A DNA stretch of 64,000 nucleotides from Mobula birostris (lineage: Eukaryota). Under the pieces are notes generated by a model. That model did not search any database, had not been told where the DNA came from, and was given only the letters and a program-made list of their open reading frames with translations. Shown here in pieces: positions 24,062 to 34,400 of the stretch (its first letter is position 1; each line of letters opens with the position of its first letter). Location of the stretch: assembly GCF_030028105.1 (NCBI RefSeq), contig NC_092374.1:188450638-188514637 (forward strand). The letters are read 5' to 3'. The translations under genes were made by a program, and so were the position numbers.

Positions 24062-24109
24062 AGAAGTAGAAGCCACTAGCTGAATTATAGTCTGGATGGG
24101 AACACCAGA

Positions 24110-25085
24110 GCCTTTGAGCGGAAAATCCTACACAAGTTAGTGGATTCAGCCCAGTACATCACGGGTAAAATCTTCCCAACTCTCTATAGTGGGTACGATA
24201 GAGAGAGTGCAGAGGAGATTTATGAGGATGTTGCCTGGATTGGAGAGCATGCCTTTTGAAAATAGGTTGAGTGAACTTGGCCTTTTCTCCTTGGAGCGAT
24301 GGAGGATGAGAGGTAACCCGATAAGAAGAGAGGCATTGACCATGTGGATAGCCAGAGGCTTTTTCCTGGGCTTGAAGCAGCTGACATAAAGGGGGCATAG
24401 TTTTAAGGTGCTTGCAAGTAGGTACAAGGGGGATATCAAAGGTAAGTTTTTCACATAGACAGTGGTGGGTGCGTGGAATGCAGTGCCAGTGAAAGTGGTG
24501 GAGACGAATACAATAGGGTGTTTTAGAAGCCTCTTATTAGGTACATGGAGCTTAGAAAAACAGAGAGCTATGTGGTAGGGAAATTCTGGGCAGTTTCTAG
24601 AGTAGGTTATATGGTCAACTCAACATTGTGGGCCGAAGGGCCTGCAATGTGCAGTAGATTGCTAAGCTCTGTGTTCTAACCATTGAGCACATCTACATGA
24701 AACGTTGCCATAGAAAAGCATTATCCATCATTAAAGACAATCAGCACCCAGACCATGCTCTTTTCTCACTGCTGCCATCAGATAGAAGGTACAAGTGCCT
24801 CAGGACTCGCACCACCAGGTTGAGGAACAGTTACTACCCCTCAACCATCAGCCTCTTGAACAAATGGGGATAACGAGGCTCATTTAAGGATTCTTTTATC
24901 TTGTTATTTCATGCTCATTATTTATTGTAATTTAGTTATTATCTGCATTTGCACAGTTTGTCATCGACTGATCCTGTTTACAGTTACTGTTCTATAGATT
25001 TGCTAACTACTCCTGTAAGAAAAGAGTCTCAGGGTTGTATGTGGTGACATGTATGTACTCTGATAATAAACTTTACTTTGAACTT
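24110..25085 (+). mobile_element. Rex1 3' fragment containing a nested CR1 3' fragment (~24190-24680)
   Basis: The Rex1 sequence ...cttcccaac|cattgagcacatctac is split by a CR1 piece (IERVQRRFMRMLPGL...). Confidence 0.7.
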
Positions 25086-26472
25086 TATTAAAGCTTGGAG
25101 CACCCAGTGGCACAAGTCCCTTTGCATACAACTGCACACAAGTAATAACAACCAAAGGAAAGAAGGGCTTGTGTTTATAAGTACTTTTTATGAATTCACG
25201 ATACCCTAAAATGCATCACAGAAGCTGGCATGCTTTAGAATGTGTATTTATGGTTGTAACATAGGGAACATTTTACCAGTTTGCAAACTGCAAGGTTGCA
25301 AATGTGGCAATCTCATAACATCGGTGAAAACGTCTGATTGTTGCACCGTATCTAGATGGGTATTGGGTTGAGTGGTGTGGAGGGAGGATCAGTGTGAGTG
25401 TCGATGCAAGGAATCAGCCTTGACCGAAGGGCAGGGCTGTATCTGGGATTTGCTGGCAGCACAGGATGACTGCAGTGAGCTGAAAGGTCGGGATCTGATG
25501 GTACTTGGATATTGGAATTGGACGGTGGATTTAAAGCAAAGATGTCTGGGGACTTAAAGCAGTTGAGTTTGTTGGATCTGGATATGATATTGTCCAGAAG
25601 GCACTTTGCAAGTCAAGAATGAAGCATAAATCTTGTGGTTACAGTTGTTTTATTAAGTCTCATAACAAGGAAATAACAATAACCAACTCAGTCTTCTGTA
25701 ATGAAGAAAGACAAAGAGCAAAGAACCTGTGGATATCTTTATACTGAAAACTACTTCAAACTAAACAGTCAGGCTTGGAGTTCTGATGAAACATTGACTG
25801 TTTATTCCTCTCCATTGATGCTGCTTGACCTGCTGAGTTTCTCCGGCATTTTGTGTGTGCTGCTCAGGATTTCCAGCATCTGCACAGTCTCTTAAATTAC
25901 AGATAAGAAAATTCTTTTGATAAGAAAAGCCTTTGAGAAAGTTCAATTTATGGCATGTCATAGGCTGCAGACAAAGAAACTATAGAAAGTACTGATAATC
26001 CACTGAGCATTTATAGGCAAACAGGTGATTATACAAACATAGAGTTAAAAGAAAATTAAACAAGAAAATTTACAATGTAGACAATAATCAAGTTGTTGTA
26101 GACTCAGTGGAAATTGACTTTTGTAATGTTAGAACCAAACACTAGGAAAATGTAGAAGATGAACCTCTTGGCATTAATTAGTGTCAAATTAAGTTTCACC
26201 CTCCAGTTACGATTGGCTTCAGTTCAGGTAGACTCAGATGTAGACAGAGACTCACAGGGGCAGGAAGTATTTGTTTTGGTGATGAGAATGCAACACCTTT
26301 TCAGGCGTATATGTTGACGATATGCATTGAAGACTTGGAGCAAATTCTCTCAAATGCACTTTTCCTTAATTTGATTGAGAAATTCCATTCTCTAGACCAC
26401 AAGCACCAGGAGATAAGTTCTTGTCCACCGGCCAATTATTGCTTAGTGTGTGTAGGTAACATGTCTACACAT

Positions 26473-26478
26473 TTTATT
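26473..26478 (-). terminator. Candidate polyadenylation signal for gene B
   Basis: AATAAA on the minus strand ~90 nt after the stop of candidate terminal exon 26568-26657. The context is AT-rich, so the signal is weak on its own. Confidence 0.35.
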
Positions 26479-26567
26479 TGAGCAAATAAAAACAATTCAT
26501 ACAAACAAGGTTAACATTATTTTATGAATAATTACTCAGTTTCTGAAAATGGCCTTCTTCTGGTTTT

Positions 26568-26657
26568 TCACCACTTATCCGCTTTTCCAGTAATTCCTGC
26601 ATATTCTGATGAGTTCATGTCAGAATAAAATACCATGGGGTTGCTTGTTGTTGGATT
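26568..26657 (-). CDS. Candidate terminal cytoplasmic exon of gene B with ITIM-like motifs
   Basis: Pyrimidine-rich acceptor ttcctttttctttatttaacataag|, which in phase 0 gives NPTTSNPMVFYSDMNSSEYAGITGKADKW*. SEYAGI fits SxYxxI. An alternative inner acceptor gives a different frame. Confidence 0.4.
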   Translation of the reverse strand, partial: NPTTSNPMVFYSDMNSSEYAGITGKADKW

Positions 26658-27196
26658 CTTATGTTAAATAAAGAAAAAGGAACAGATCACAAATTTTGTT
26701 AGAGTAATCTAGTAAAAATAGAATTTGATGCATGGAATATTTTTGTTTGTGGGGAGGTGAATTATCATCAATAGAATTTCTGATTTTATTTTGCATTTCC
26801 AGAAATTCACTGGTGGGCGAAGCTTTAGCTACTAACGTTGAGCTCTGTAACTCATTAGGACACAAGGACACTAGGAATAAAAGCCAATGTTTAGCTCTCT
26901 AGCCATTCCTGTCTGCTCCATGATTCCCCAAGACTTTTAACGTCAGTTCTATTTTCCGGCACTACCCCCACATCCCTCGATTGCCTTAATAGTCAAAAAG
27001 AGCCTGGTATGTCACCAAAGTCTTTAGCAAATATTTGGGTCCTTAACAAAAACCCTCCAAAGATCCAAATATTGATTCCCCATTGTTTATTCTGTTAATC
27101 ACAGCCTTCATAATTCAGTAGATTAGTCAAAACATGATATCGAGCAAAACAAGACGTGTTGCTCAATGAACCTCAATATAGATGTTAATGATGTAA

Positions 27197-27418
27197 GAGA
27201 TTCTACAGATGCTGGAAATCCTGAGCAACACACACAAGATGCTGGAGGAATTCAGCAGGTCAGGCAGCACCTATAGACAGAAATGAACAGTTGATGTTTT
27301 AGGCTGAGACGCTTCATTAGAATCAGAGCTTCCAATGTCCTGAAGTCCTCATGATGAATCCTTCACTTCCATTGATGCTGCCTGACCTGCTGAGTTCCTG
27401 CAACATTTTCTGTGTTTA
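27197..27418. repeat. Inverted pair of pLTR-derived arms with a ~40-bp spacer
   Basis: gatgctggaggaattcagcaggtcaggcagca... faces ...gatgctgcctgacctgctgagttcctgcaaca. The hammerhead core is mutated. Confidence 0.7.
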
Positions 27419-27692
27419 GCTTGTTATGGGCTTCAGCATTTTCTCTCCAACTAAACTTCAGCTAAAAGCTTGGTAATTCTCTGTTTTCTCTCTTCTTTTC
27501 TAAAATAGTCTGGTCACATTTGCAATCCTCCAATCCAAAAGGGCAATTCTAAAATTTATGGAATTTTGGAATTCCCTCTCTAAACTTTTTCTGAAGTTCT
27601 AAGTTTGTTTCTATTTGAAGACCCTTCTTAAATATACTACATTGACCAAGATTTTGGTAATCTGATGTGGCATCTATTTTGTTTGATTTCAC

Positions 27693-27759
27693 CTCCATAT
27701 CATTCTTGGGATGTTTTGCCATTGCAAGTGGAATATTCTGGAAGATTCTGTTGCACTTG
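27693..27759 (-). CDS. Candidate cytoplasmic exon of gene B
   Basis: Branch-like cctaat, acceptor tcatttgtttctacag| and donor GAG|gtgaaa. Phase 2-0 reads KCNRIFQNIPLAMAKHPKNDME. Read-through reaches SDYQNL, and phase 0 gives QVQQNLPEYSTCNGKTSQE*. Frame unresolved. Confidence 0.35.
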
Positions 27760-29118
27760 CTGTAGAAACAAATGACTACATAAATTAGGATCAAGCATAG
27801 GCCATTTGACCCCTCAAGATTTCTATGCTATTTATTTTTATTATGCTAATTAACTTGACTTTATAATCTTAGCTCTGCAATTCCATCCACTCATGATAGC
27901 CTTTCACCAAAGTCTCTAGCACCATAAATGTATTCAAAGACTCTGAATCAATGGCACTTTAAGGAAGAGAGGTGGAAAGACTCATTATCCCCTGATTGGA
28001 AAACCTTTGTCTCATTTTTCTCTTAAGCAAATTTCCCTTGATTTTGAAGTGATCCCAAATTCTAGGTTCTTCCACAAGGAGAAACATCCTCCCCCCTTTT
28101 GTGCTGGAGAGCTTTGTGACACTAATGACTCCATCCTACCAAGACCCATCAAGATCGTCCTGCCGAAGGTCTCAGCCCGAAGCGTCGTCTGTACTTTTTT
28201 CCATAGATGTTGCCTGACCTGTTGAGTTCCTCCAGCATTTTGTCCTTGTTGTTAAGATTGGATTTGTTTCATTCAAGTCACCTCTCCAGGTTCTAAATCT
28301 CAGAGGTTACAAGCCTGGCTTTTCTAACCATCCCCCATACACCAGCCAACCCAGTAAACCAGTACAAATACGGCATTTTCAATTTCAGTAATGCCTAATA
28401 CATGTGAAATACATTTCCCTATTTTGTATTCAGTTCCTCCAGCTTCCCAATTGACTTGATGCAATGCATGTTAGCCATTTGCAGATCATGCACCAGGACA
28501 CTCAGATCTCCGTGAATCTCTTGGACTAAAATCCTTGTGCCTTTCCAATGATGGAACAAGATAATGTTTGTGTTCAGCACCATTCAATACAATGAGAAAA
28601 TTGGCTCTTTTTGCCAATAAAACAATAAAGTATGGATGGACAACAATTTCCCACTTTTCACAAAGAGCGCTGAGCTATTAAAATGGCAGCTAATTCAACC
28701 TTTCCAGTCTATTTTGTATTGTTATTGTTTTGCCTTGTCCTACCTCAATGTACGTGATCTGCATGACTGTTGGTAAGGCAAAACTTTTCACTGTATCTCT
28801 GTATATGTAACAATAATAAACCAATACCTATACCAGTATTGCTCATTTGGTACCAATAATTAGTTATATTGTACACAATGAGAGCAATATCATGAATATT
28901 TATTTGTTCTCTTTTAACATTTGTAACTGATGGAATTACAGCCAGTTTACGAAGGGCGATGCACCTGATCAGAAAATTGTCCTGAATTTCTTTATTTCTT
29001 TCATTTCTCTCCCTGCCCCTCCAGTCATTATTTAGTTTCTGGGATGTGCACAGGACAGGTTGTAGAATATTGACTCCCACAGACAGCTCAGAGCTACCAC
29101 TTCCCAATGACACCTTAC

Positions 29119-29192
29119 TGATGAACCATGCATTTGTTCTTCAGGGCTGCCATCATAGCCAATATCCTGTGGGAGATCTCTGGCTGTGCCCG
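29119..29192 (-). CDS. Weak candidate cytoplasmic exon of gene B
   Basis: Good donor CA|gtaagg at 29119. The acceptor is ambiguous (29192 gives phase 0-2; 29166 gives phase 0-0, DIGYDGSPEEQMHGSS). Confidence 0.25.
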
Positions 29193-30234
29193 CTGTGGGA
29201 ATCAAGGTCATATTGGCTGTGAGCATCTCTGTTATATCATCTTTAGCAATAACTATCATGGCCTAGAGTTGTAGAGTACTACAGCACAAACAGGCCTTTC
29301 AGCCCATCTAATATGTGCTAGCCTGGTCTTCTGCCTCATCCCAACTACCTGAACCTGAACCATAGCCCTCCAAACCTGTTCCATTCACGTACCTATCCAA
29401 ACTTCTCTTAAATGTAACTATTGACCTCCCAACTAGCTTGCAGCTTGTTGCACACTTGCACGACCCTCTGTGTAAAGTTCTCCTTCAGATTCCCATTAAC
29501 TATTTCACCTGTCACCCTAAACCTATGACCTCTAGATTGAGTCTCATGCAACCTGACAGGAAAAAGCCTGCTAACATTCATGGTATCTGTATCCCTGAGG
29601 TCTTCCAATTTGCTGCTCACCGTTGCACCAGGGAGGTGATCTGGACACTATATTCACAAATAAGTCAATCAATACGATTTGATTTTGGTAATGAACAGAT
29701 GCATCTAGGGCACTGGAATCTGCCAGCTTTCTGTGGCATCAAGCTCAGCGCAGAGCAACCAAGCAACAGTGATTCCATTCTCCTTTACTCTTCAGAGGCA
29801 TGGGCAAACTGAAACCACTCGACAAGTATTACCCCTGCAAAGTTCACCAAACAAACAGGCAGGATAGGTGAGCTAACATCAGCACCTACTCCCAGGCCAA
29901 TATCCTCAGCACTGATGTTCTGATCATGCTGAATTACCACTGGTGAGCATGTCATACCTGGACCCTGACTTCTGAAATTGGAAATTTATTCCAAGCTCTG
30001 GCGCGGGTTTCCAGGAACACAAAGAAAAGTCCTTCCTTGATAAAGTATAACATCTTCAGCAACTCCAGGAATCCTTGAGCTGTGCTTCTTCAAACTGCAG
30101 AATCCATTCAGAAACAGGAACATAAAAGGTCTGAATCTACCCACCCCAGATCTGTCAGATATCATATCTGAACCCATATCCACCGCGGCAAATTCCGCAT
30201 TGATCTGCAAGTCTCTGTTTCTCTTCCCACTTAC

Positions 30235-30545
30235 TATCCGTTGGAACTTCTCTCACTGTCTCTCTCTCTCTCTCACTTTCTCTCTCTCTCTACTCTATTA
30301 TATCTCTCTCTACTCTATTATATCTATCTATATATCTCTACCTCTATGACCCTATCTCTTTCTCCCTCTATCTTTCTTTTTCTCTGTACACCTCCCTCCC
30401 TCTCTCGCTGTTTCTTTTTTCTCTCTTACTACCTATCTTTATATTTCTCCCTCTCTATCTATTTTGCTCTCCCTTTACATCTCCCTCTCCCTTGATCTAA
30501 CACCCTATCTCTCCCTTTGCCTCTCTCTGTCACTCTCTCACTCAC
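30235..30545. repeat. CT-rich low-complexity / degenerate (CT)n tract
   Basis: Visible tctctc runs; almost exclusively pyrimidines on the plus strand. Confidence 0.9.
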
Positions 30546-31231
30546 TCACCATCCAAACTCCCGAATTAGAATTGTGAACCTCCCAGGAGGACCATACCTC
30601 ACTCCCCCCACCTTGTTACCAGAACAGCCGAGCAGCTGACTGCATTCCTCATCTCTTCATTATCTGCCTTTCTTACTCTCTTTCTATCTTAACCTTTCTC
30701 TGTCTCTCACCCACGATATTCTTCTCATGTCCTCTCAGTTGGAACAGACGGCGATATGCATTAGAGTAGGAGATGTCCATGCAACCTTTTTGACATTTAA
30801 TAGGATTACACCTTGCCAGTAAGAAAATCTTGTGCCCACTTTCTATTTTCTGTTAGATAGCCAATCTTTTATCCAGCCCAGTCTGTTACCTCATGCACCA
30901 TCGCTGTATTTTGCACCATAACCTTTAATACAGATATTTATATAATGCTCTGTGGAAAATCTAAGTATACCACATTTCACAATTCCCTTAATCACACCAT
31001 ATGTTATTTCAAAGAAGCCCAATACATTGGTCAAGCACAATTTCCTTTCCACAAAACCATATTGATTTAGCTGTAAAGTTCTCTTTGAAGAGCATTGCTT
31101 TTCAAAAATTAACGCATTTCCTGAGCACTTTAACCTATCAGCCTTGCTTCAAGAGACATCGAAAGGTACACAGCAATGTCAGTAGCCTCCATATCAGTAA
31201 GAGCTATTTCTCTATGCTAAAGATTTAAAGA

Positions 31232-31757
31232 AGTGGCCACTTTATTAAGTATTTGCGTACACCTGCTTGTTAGTGCAAACACCTAATCTGCCAATTGTAT
31301 GGCAGCAACTCAATGCATAAAAGCATTCAGATATGGTCAAGAGATTCAGTTGTTGTTCAGACCAAACATCAGAATGGGGAAGAAATGTGATCTCAGTGAC
31401 TTTAACCATGGAATGATTATTGGTGCCAGATAGGGTGGTTTGAGTATTCCAGATTCCCCTGGAAGTATCATGCAGAGAATGGTGCAAAAATCAAAAATCG
31501 TCCAGTGAGCAGCAGTTCTGTGGGTGGAAATGCCTTGTTAATGACAGTGGTCAGAGAAGAATGTCCAGACTGGTTCAAGCTAACAGGAAGGCACCTAACC
31601 ACACGTTTCAACAGCGGTGTGCAGAACAGTATCTCTGAACACACAATGCACCAAACTTCAAAGGTGATGTGCTACAACAGCTGGAGGCCATAAATATACA
31701 CTCAGTGGCTGCTTTATTCGGCACACTCCTGCACCTAATAAAATGGCCACTGAGTGT
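31232..31757 (+). mobile_element. Tc1-like non-autonomous element
   Basis: TIR motif CACTCAGTGGCCACTTTATTAGG and its inverse (...aataaaatggccactgagtgt). A ~60-bp double-TIR unit at ~31697-31757. Related copies at ~36995-37510, 38400 and 46500-46680. Confidence 0.65.
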
Positions 31758-33004
31758 GTCTCTTTCCCCACAGAGAAATTACCAATACTCGTGATGAGTT
31801 CTTTCTCTTTGCTGAATGTTTGAAAATTGTTAGTGGCTTTGCAACCACATACAAGCAAACAGAATCAAATAAGACCAGTGGGAAGAGATATGGCATTAAT
31901 TTGTCCAATTAAATCCTCTATCTCAGTTCAATGCCCTTTTGATGACCTTCATGCTGGATTTTGATTGCCTAGAATTGCAGAGTCTCCTCCATGATTAGAA
32001 TTGGGCTGATGGAAATCTGGTCATTGTTGTTTAGGGTCTGCTTGACGTCATTAATCCATGACATCTTTGCCACACATGGTCTGGCTTCCAGATGCTGGCC
32101 CTAGCTCTTTGAGGGAAAAATCTGGCAAGGCCTGTCTGTCTGTGGTGAACAACTGACTATAGGGGAGGGGGCTACTGCACAGGATCGAAATAAGCTTCAG
32201 AGAGTTGTCAACTTCGTGACCTCCATCATGAGCAATAGCCTCCATAGTATCCAGGATATATTCAAGGAGCGACGCCTCAAAAAGGCAGCGTCCATTATGA
32301 AGGACCTCTACTACCCAGGACATGCCTTGTTATCGTTGCTGTCATCAGGAAGAAGGTACAGAAGCCTGAAGGTACACATTCAACTATTCAGGAACAGTTT
32401 CTTCCCCTCTGCCATCTGATTTCTAAATGGACATTGAACCCGTGGAACTACCTCACTACTTAGTATTTCTATTTTTGCACTAGTTATTTAATTTAACTAA
32501 TATATATATATATAATTGTAATTCACCTTTTCTCTCTCTCTCTCTCTCTCTATTATGTATTAAAATGTCCTGCTGCCACAAGTACAACAAATTTCACGAC
32601 ATGTGCCAGTGATATTAAACCTGTTCTGATTCTAATTTTGAGTTGTCTAAACGTGGCAGGAGGTAAACTGCTGTCCTGTAGAACGGGGACATCAGTGCCT
32701 GAGCCTGCACACCAGGTGATTTTTTGTTTTAGGGGCAAGGGTCGACAACTGAGCAACTAAAGCACCAGATCATACTTCCATCACCTCAGCCTCCAACATT
32801 CACCTGCCTGGCCAACCCTGATCACAGAGATGGGAAAACCAAAAATGCAGATGCTGCAAATTTAAAATGAAAATATAGAAAATGATTGAAGTACTAAGCT
32901 GGTCTGATAGCATCTGTGAAAAGAGCATGAGAATTAATGCTTCAGTTCAAACACTTTTGCGCTTAACTGTCAATAAATCTGGGAGCTCTCCCCTATCCCC
33001 CATC

Positions 33005-33250
33005 CCATGTTCCCTGTTCTCTGTTTTCTGCCCTTGGTTCCCTATTCTGTATTTCCTGTAACCTGTCCTCTCTGTCTTGACACCTGTCCTCTGTTTCTTG
33101 TTCTCTATCCCCTATCACAGTCCTCTCCCTTCTGCCTCCTGTCCCCTGTCCCTCCCTGTCGCCTGTCCCCTGTTCCCTATCACCAGGCCCCTGTTCCCTG
33201 TCCCCTGTCCACTATTTCCTGTCCCCTGTCCCCTGTCATCTGTCCCTGTC
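33005..33250. repeat. Degenerate CCTGT(C/T) tandem repeat
   Basis: Repeated cctgtc/cctgtt/cccctgt units. Confidence 0.85.
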
Positions 33251-33429
33251 TCTTAGTATTGCTATGCAGCAGTCTTGGAAGTTGCACTTAATCTGTGGGA
33301 ACACAACTCGGGACTTTGGAAGTCATGTTTCTGCACTCTTTCTGAGTGTAGGATACAACATCTTAAAACTTATGTACTTCCTTTGCAATGGAGAGAGACC
33401 CAACTGAGAGCTCAAACTCAAACAAGTAA

Positions 33430-34129
33430 GGAGGAGGAGGAGAAGATGGCGGTGCGACACAGCTTGCAACGGCCACGCAGGTGAATGATATCTGTTATCT
33501 GTCAAGTAGGGTGCCGTGCAAAATCCTGATTTGATGGAGACAGATGTGAGAGCACAGAGGAACATCTGGAGAAACTTCTGAAATGCCTTCTTCGCTGCCG
33601 CTGCTACTGTGTGATCCAGAATCTCTGGAGGAGAAGGCCCCGAGTCCTCGGCTTTGCTTGTTGTTCAGCAGCCGGGGGTGGGGGGGGTCGGGGGTCGAAG
33701 CGCTCAGCAGAGCATGGTGCTCGGGCGGCTGTATCGGAGGGGCTGGTCAGAGGCTCGAAGTTTTCGGACGGACTCAGAGTCGGCTGTGGTCGGGTGCTTC
33801 CAATGCGTTGGCAGTTGTCAGCGCCTGTTGGTTTATGGCAGGGAGAGTTTCTCCCTTTTACCGCCTGCTATCGGGACTATTGGGAGTCGATTGGAACTTT
33901 GAGACTTTTTTTTTACCGTGCCCACGGTCTGCTCTTTATCAAATTATGGTATTGCTTTGCACTGCTGTAACTATATGTTACAATTATGTGGTCTTGTCAG
34001 TGTTAGTCTTTGGTTTGTCCTTTTTTTTGTGATATCACTCTGGAGGAACATTGAATCATTTCTTAATGCATGCATTTCTAAATGACAATAAACGAGGACT
34101 GAGTGTCCTCATAATCTAATCTAATCTAA
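33430..34129 (+). mobile_element. Non-autonomous LINE-derived retroelement (~700 bp)
   Basis: 5' GGAGAAGATGGCGG, no credible coding frame, 3' AATAAA + hairpin GAGGAC-tgagt-GTCCTC + (TAATC)3 tail. Confidence 0.6.
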
Positions 34130-34139
34130 AATACAGTGA

Positions 34140-34400
34140 CGTTTGTGAAGAAATTTTTTTAGCCAGAGGGTGGTGAATCTATGCAATTTGTTGCTACGGG
34201 CGGCAGTGGAGGCCAAGTCATTGGGTGTAATTAAGGCAGAGATTGATAGGTATCTGAGTAGCCAGGGCATCAAAGGTTATGGTGAGAAGGCGGGGGAGTG
34301 GGACTAAATGGGAGAATGGATCAGCTCATGATAAAATGGCGGAGCAGACTCGATGGGCTGAATGGCCGACTTCTGCTCCTTTGTCTTATGGTCTTATGGT
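34140..34400 (+). mobile_element. CR1 3'-end fragment
   Basis: ttttagccagagggtggtgaat...ggcagagattgatagg... and terminus ttctgctcctttgtcttatggtcttatggt. Confidence 0.85.

Noticed and set aside
23360-24076. 238-aa minus-strand ORF as a gene
   Set aside because: It runs antisense through the solo LTR, has no recognisable domain and has no splice or promoter support.
30241-30495. Hydrophobic ORF resembling a TM protein
   Set aside because: It is a translation of a (CT)n low-complexity tract (Leu/Ser artefact).
30888-30950. Minus-strand exon candidate with good AG/GT sites
   Set aside because: All three frames hit stops, and the sequence resembles a decayed CR1 3' end.
33007-33291. Pro/Cys/Leu-rich ORF
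   Set aside because: It is a translation of a CCTGT tandem repeat.
33583-34032. 149-aa ORF and overlapping ORFs
   Set aside because: They lie inside a non-autonomous repeat, with three overlapping frames and no domain.
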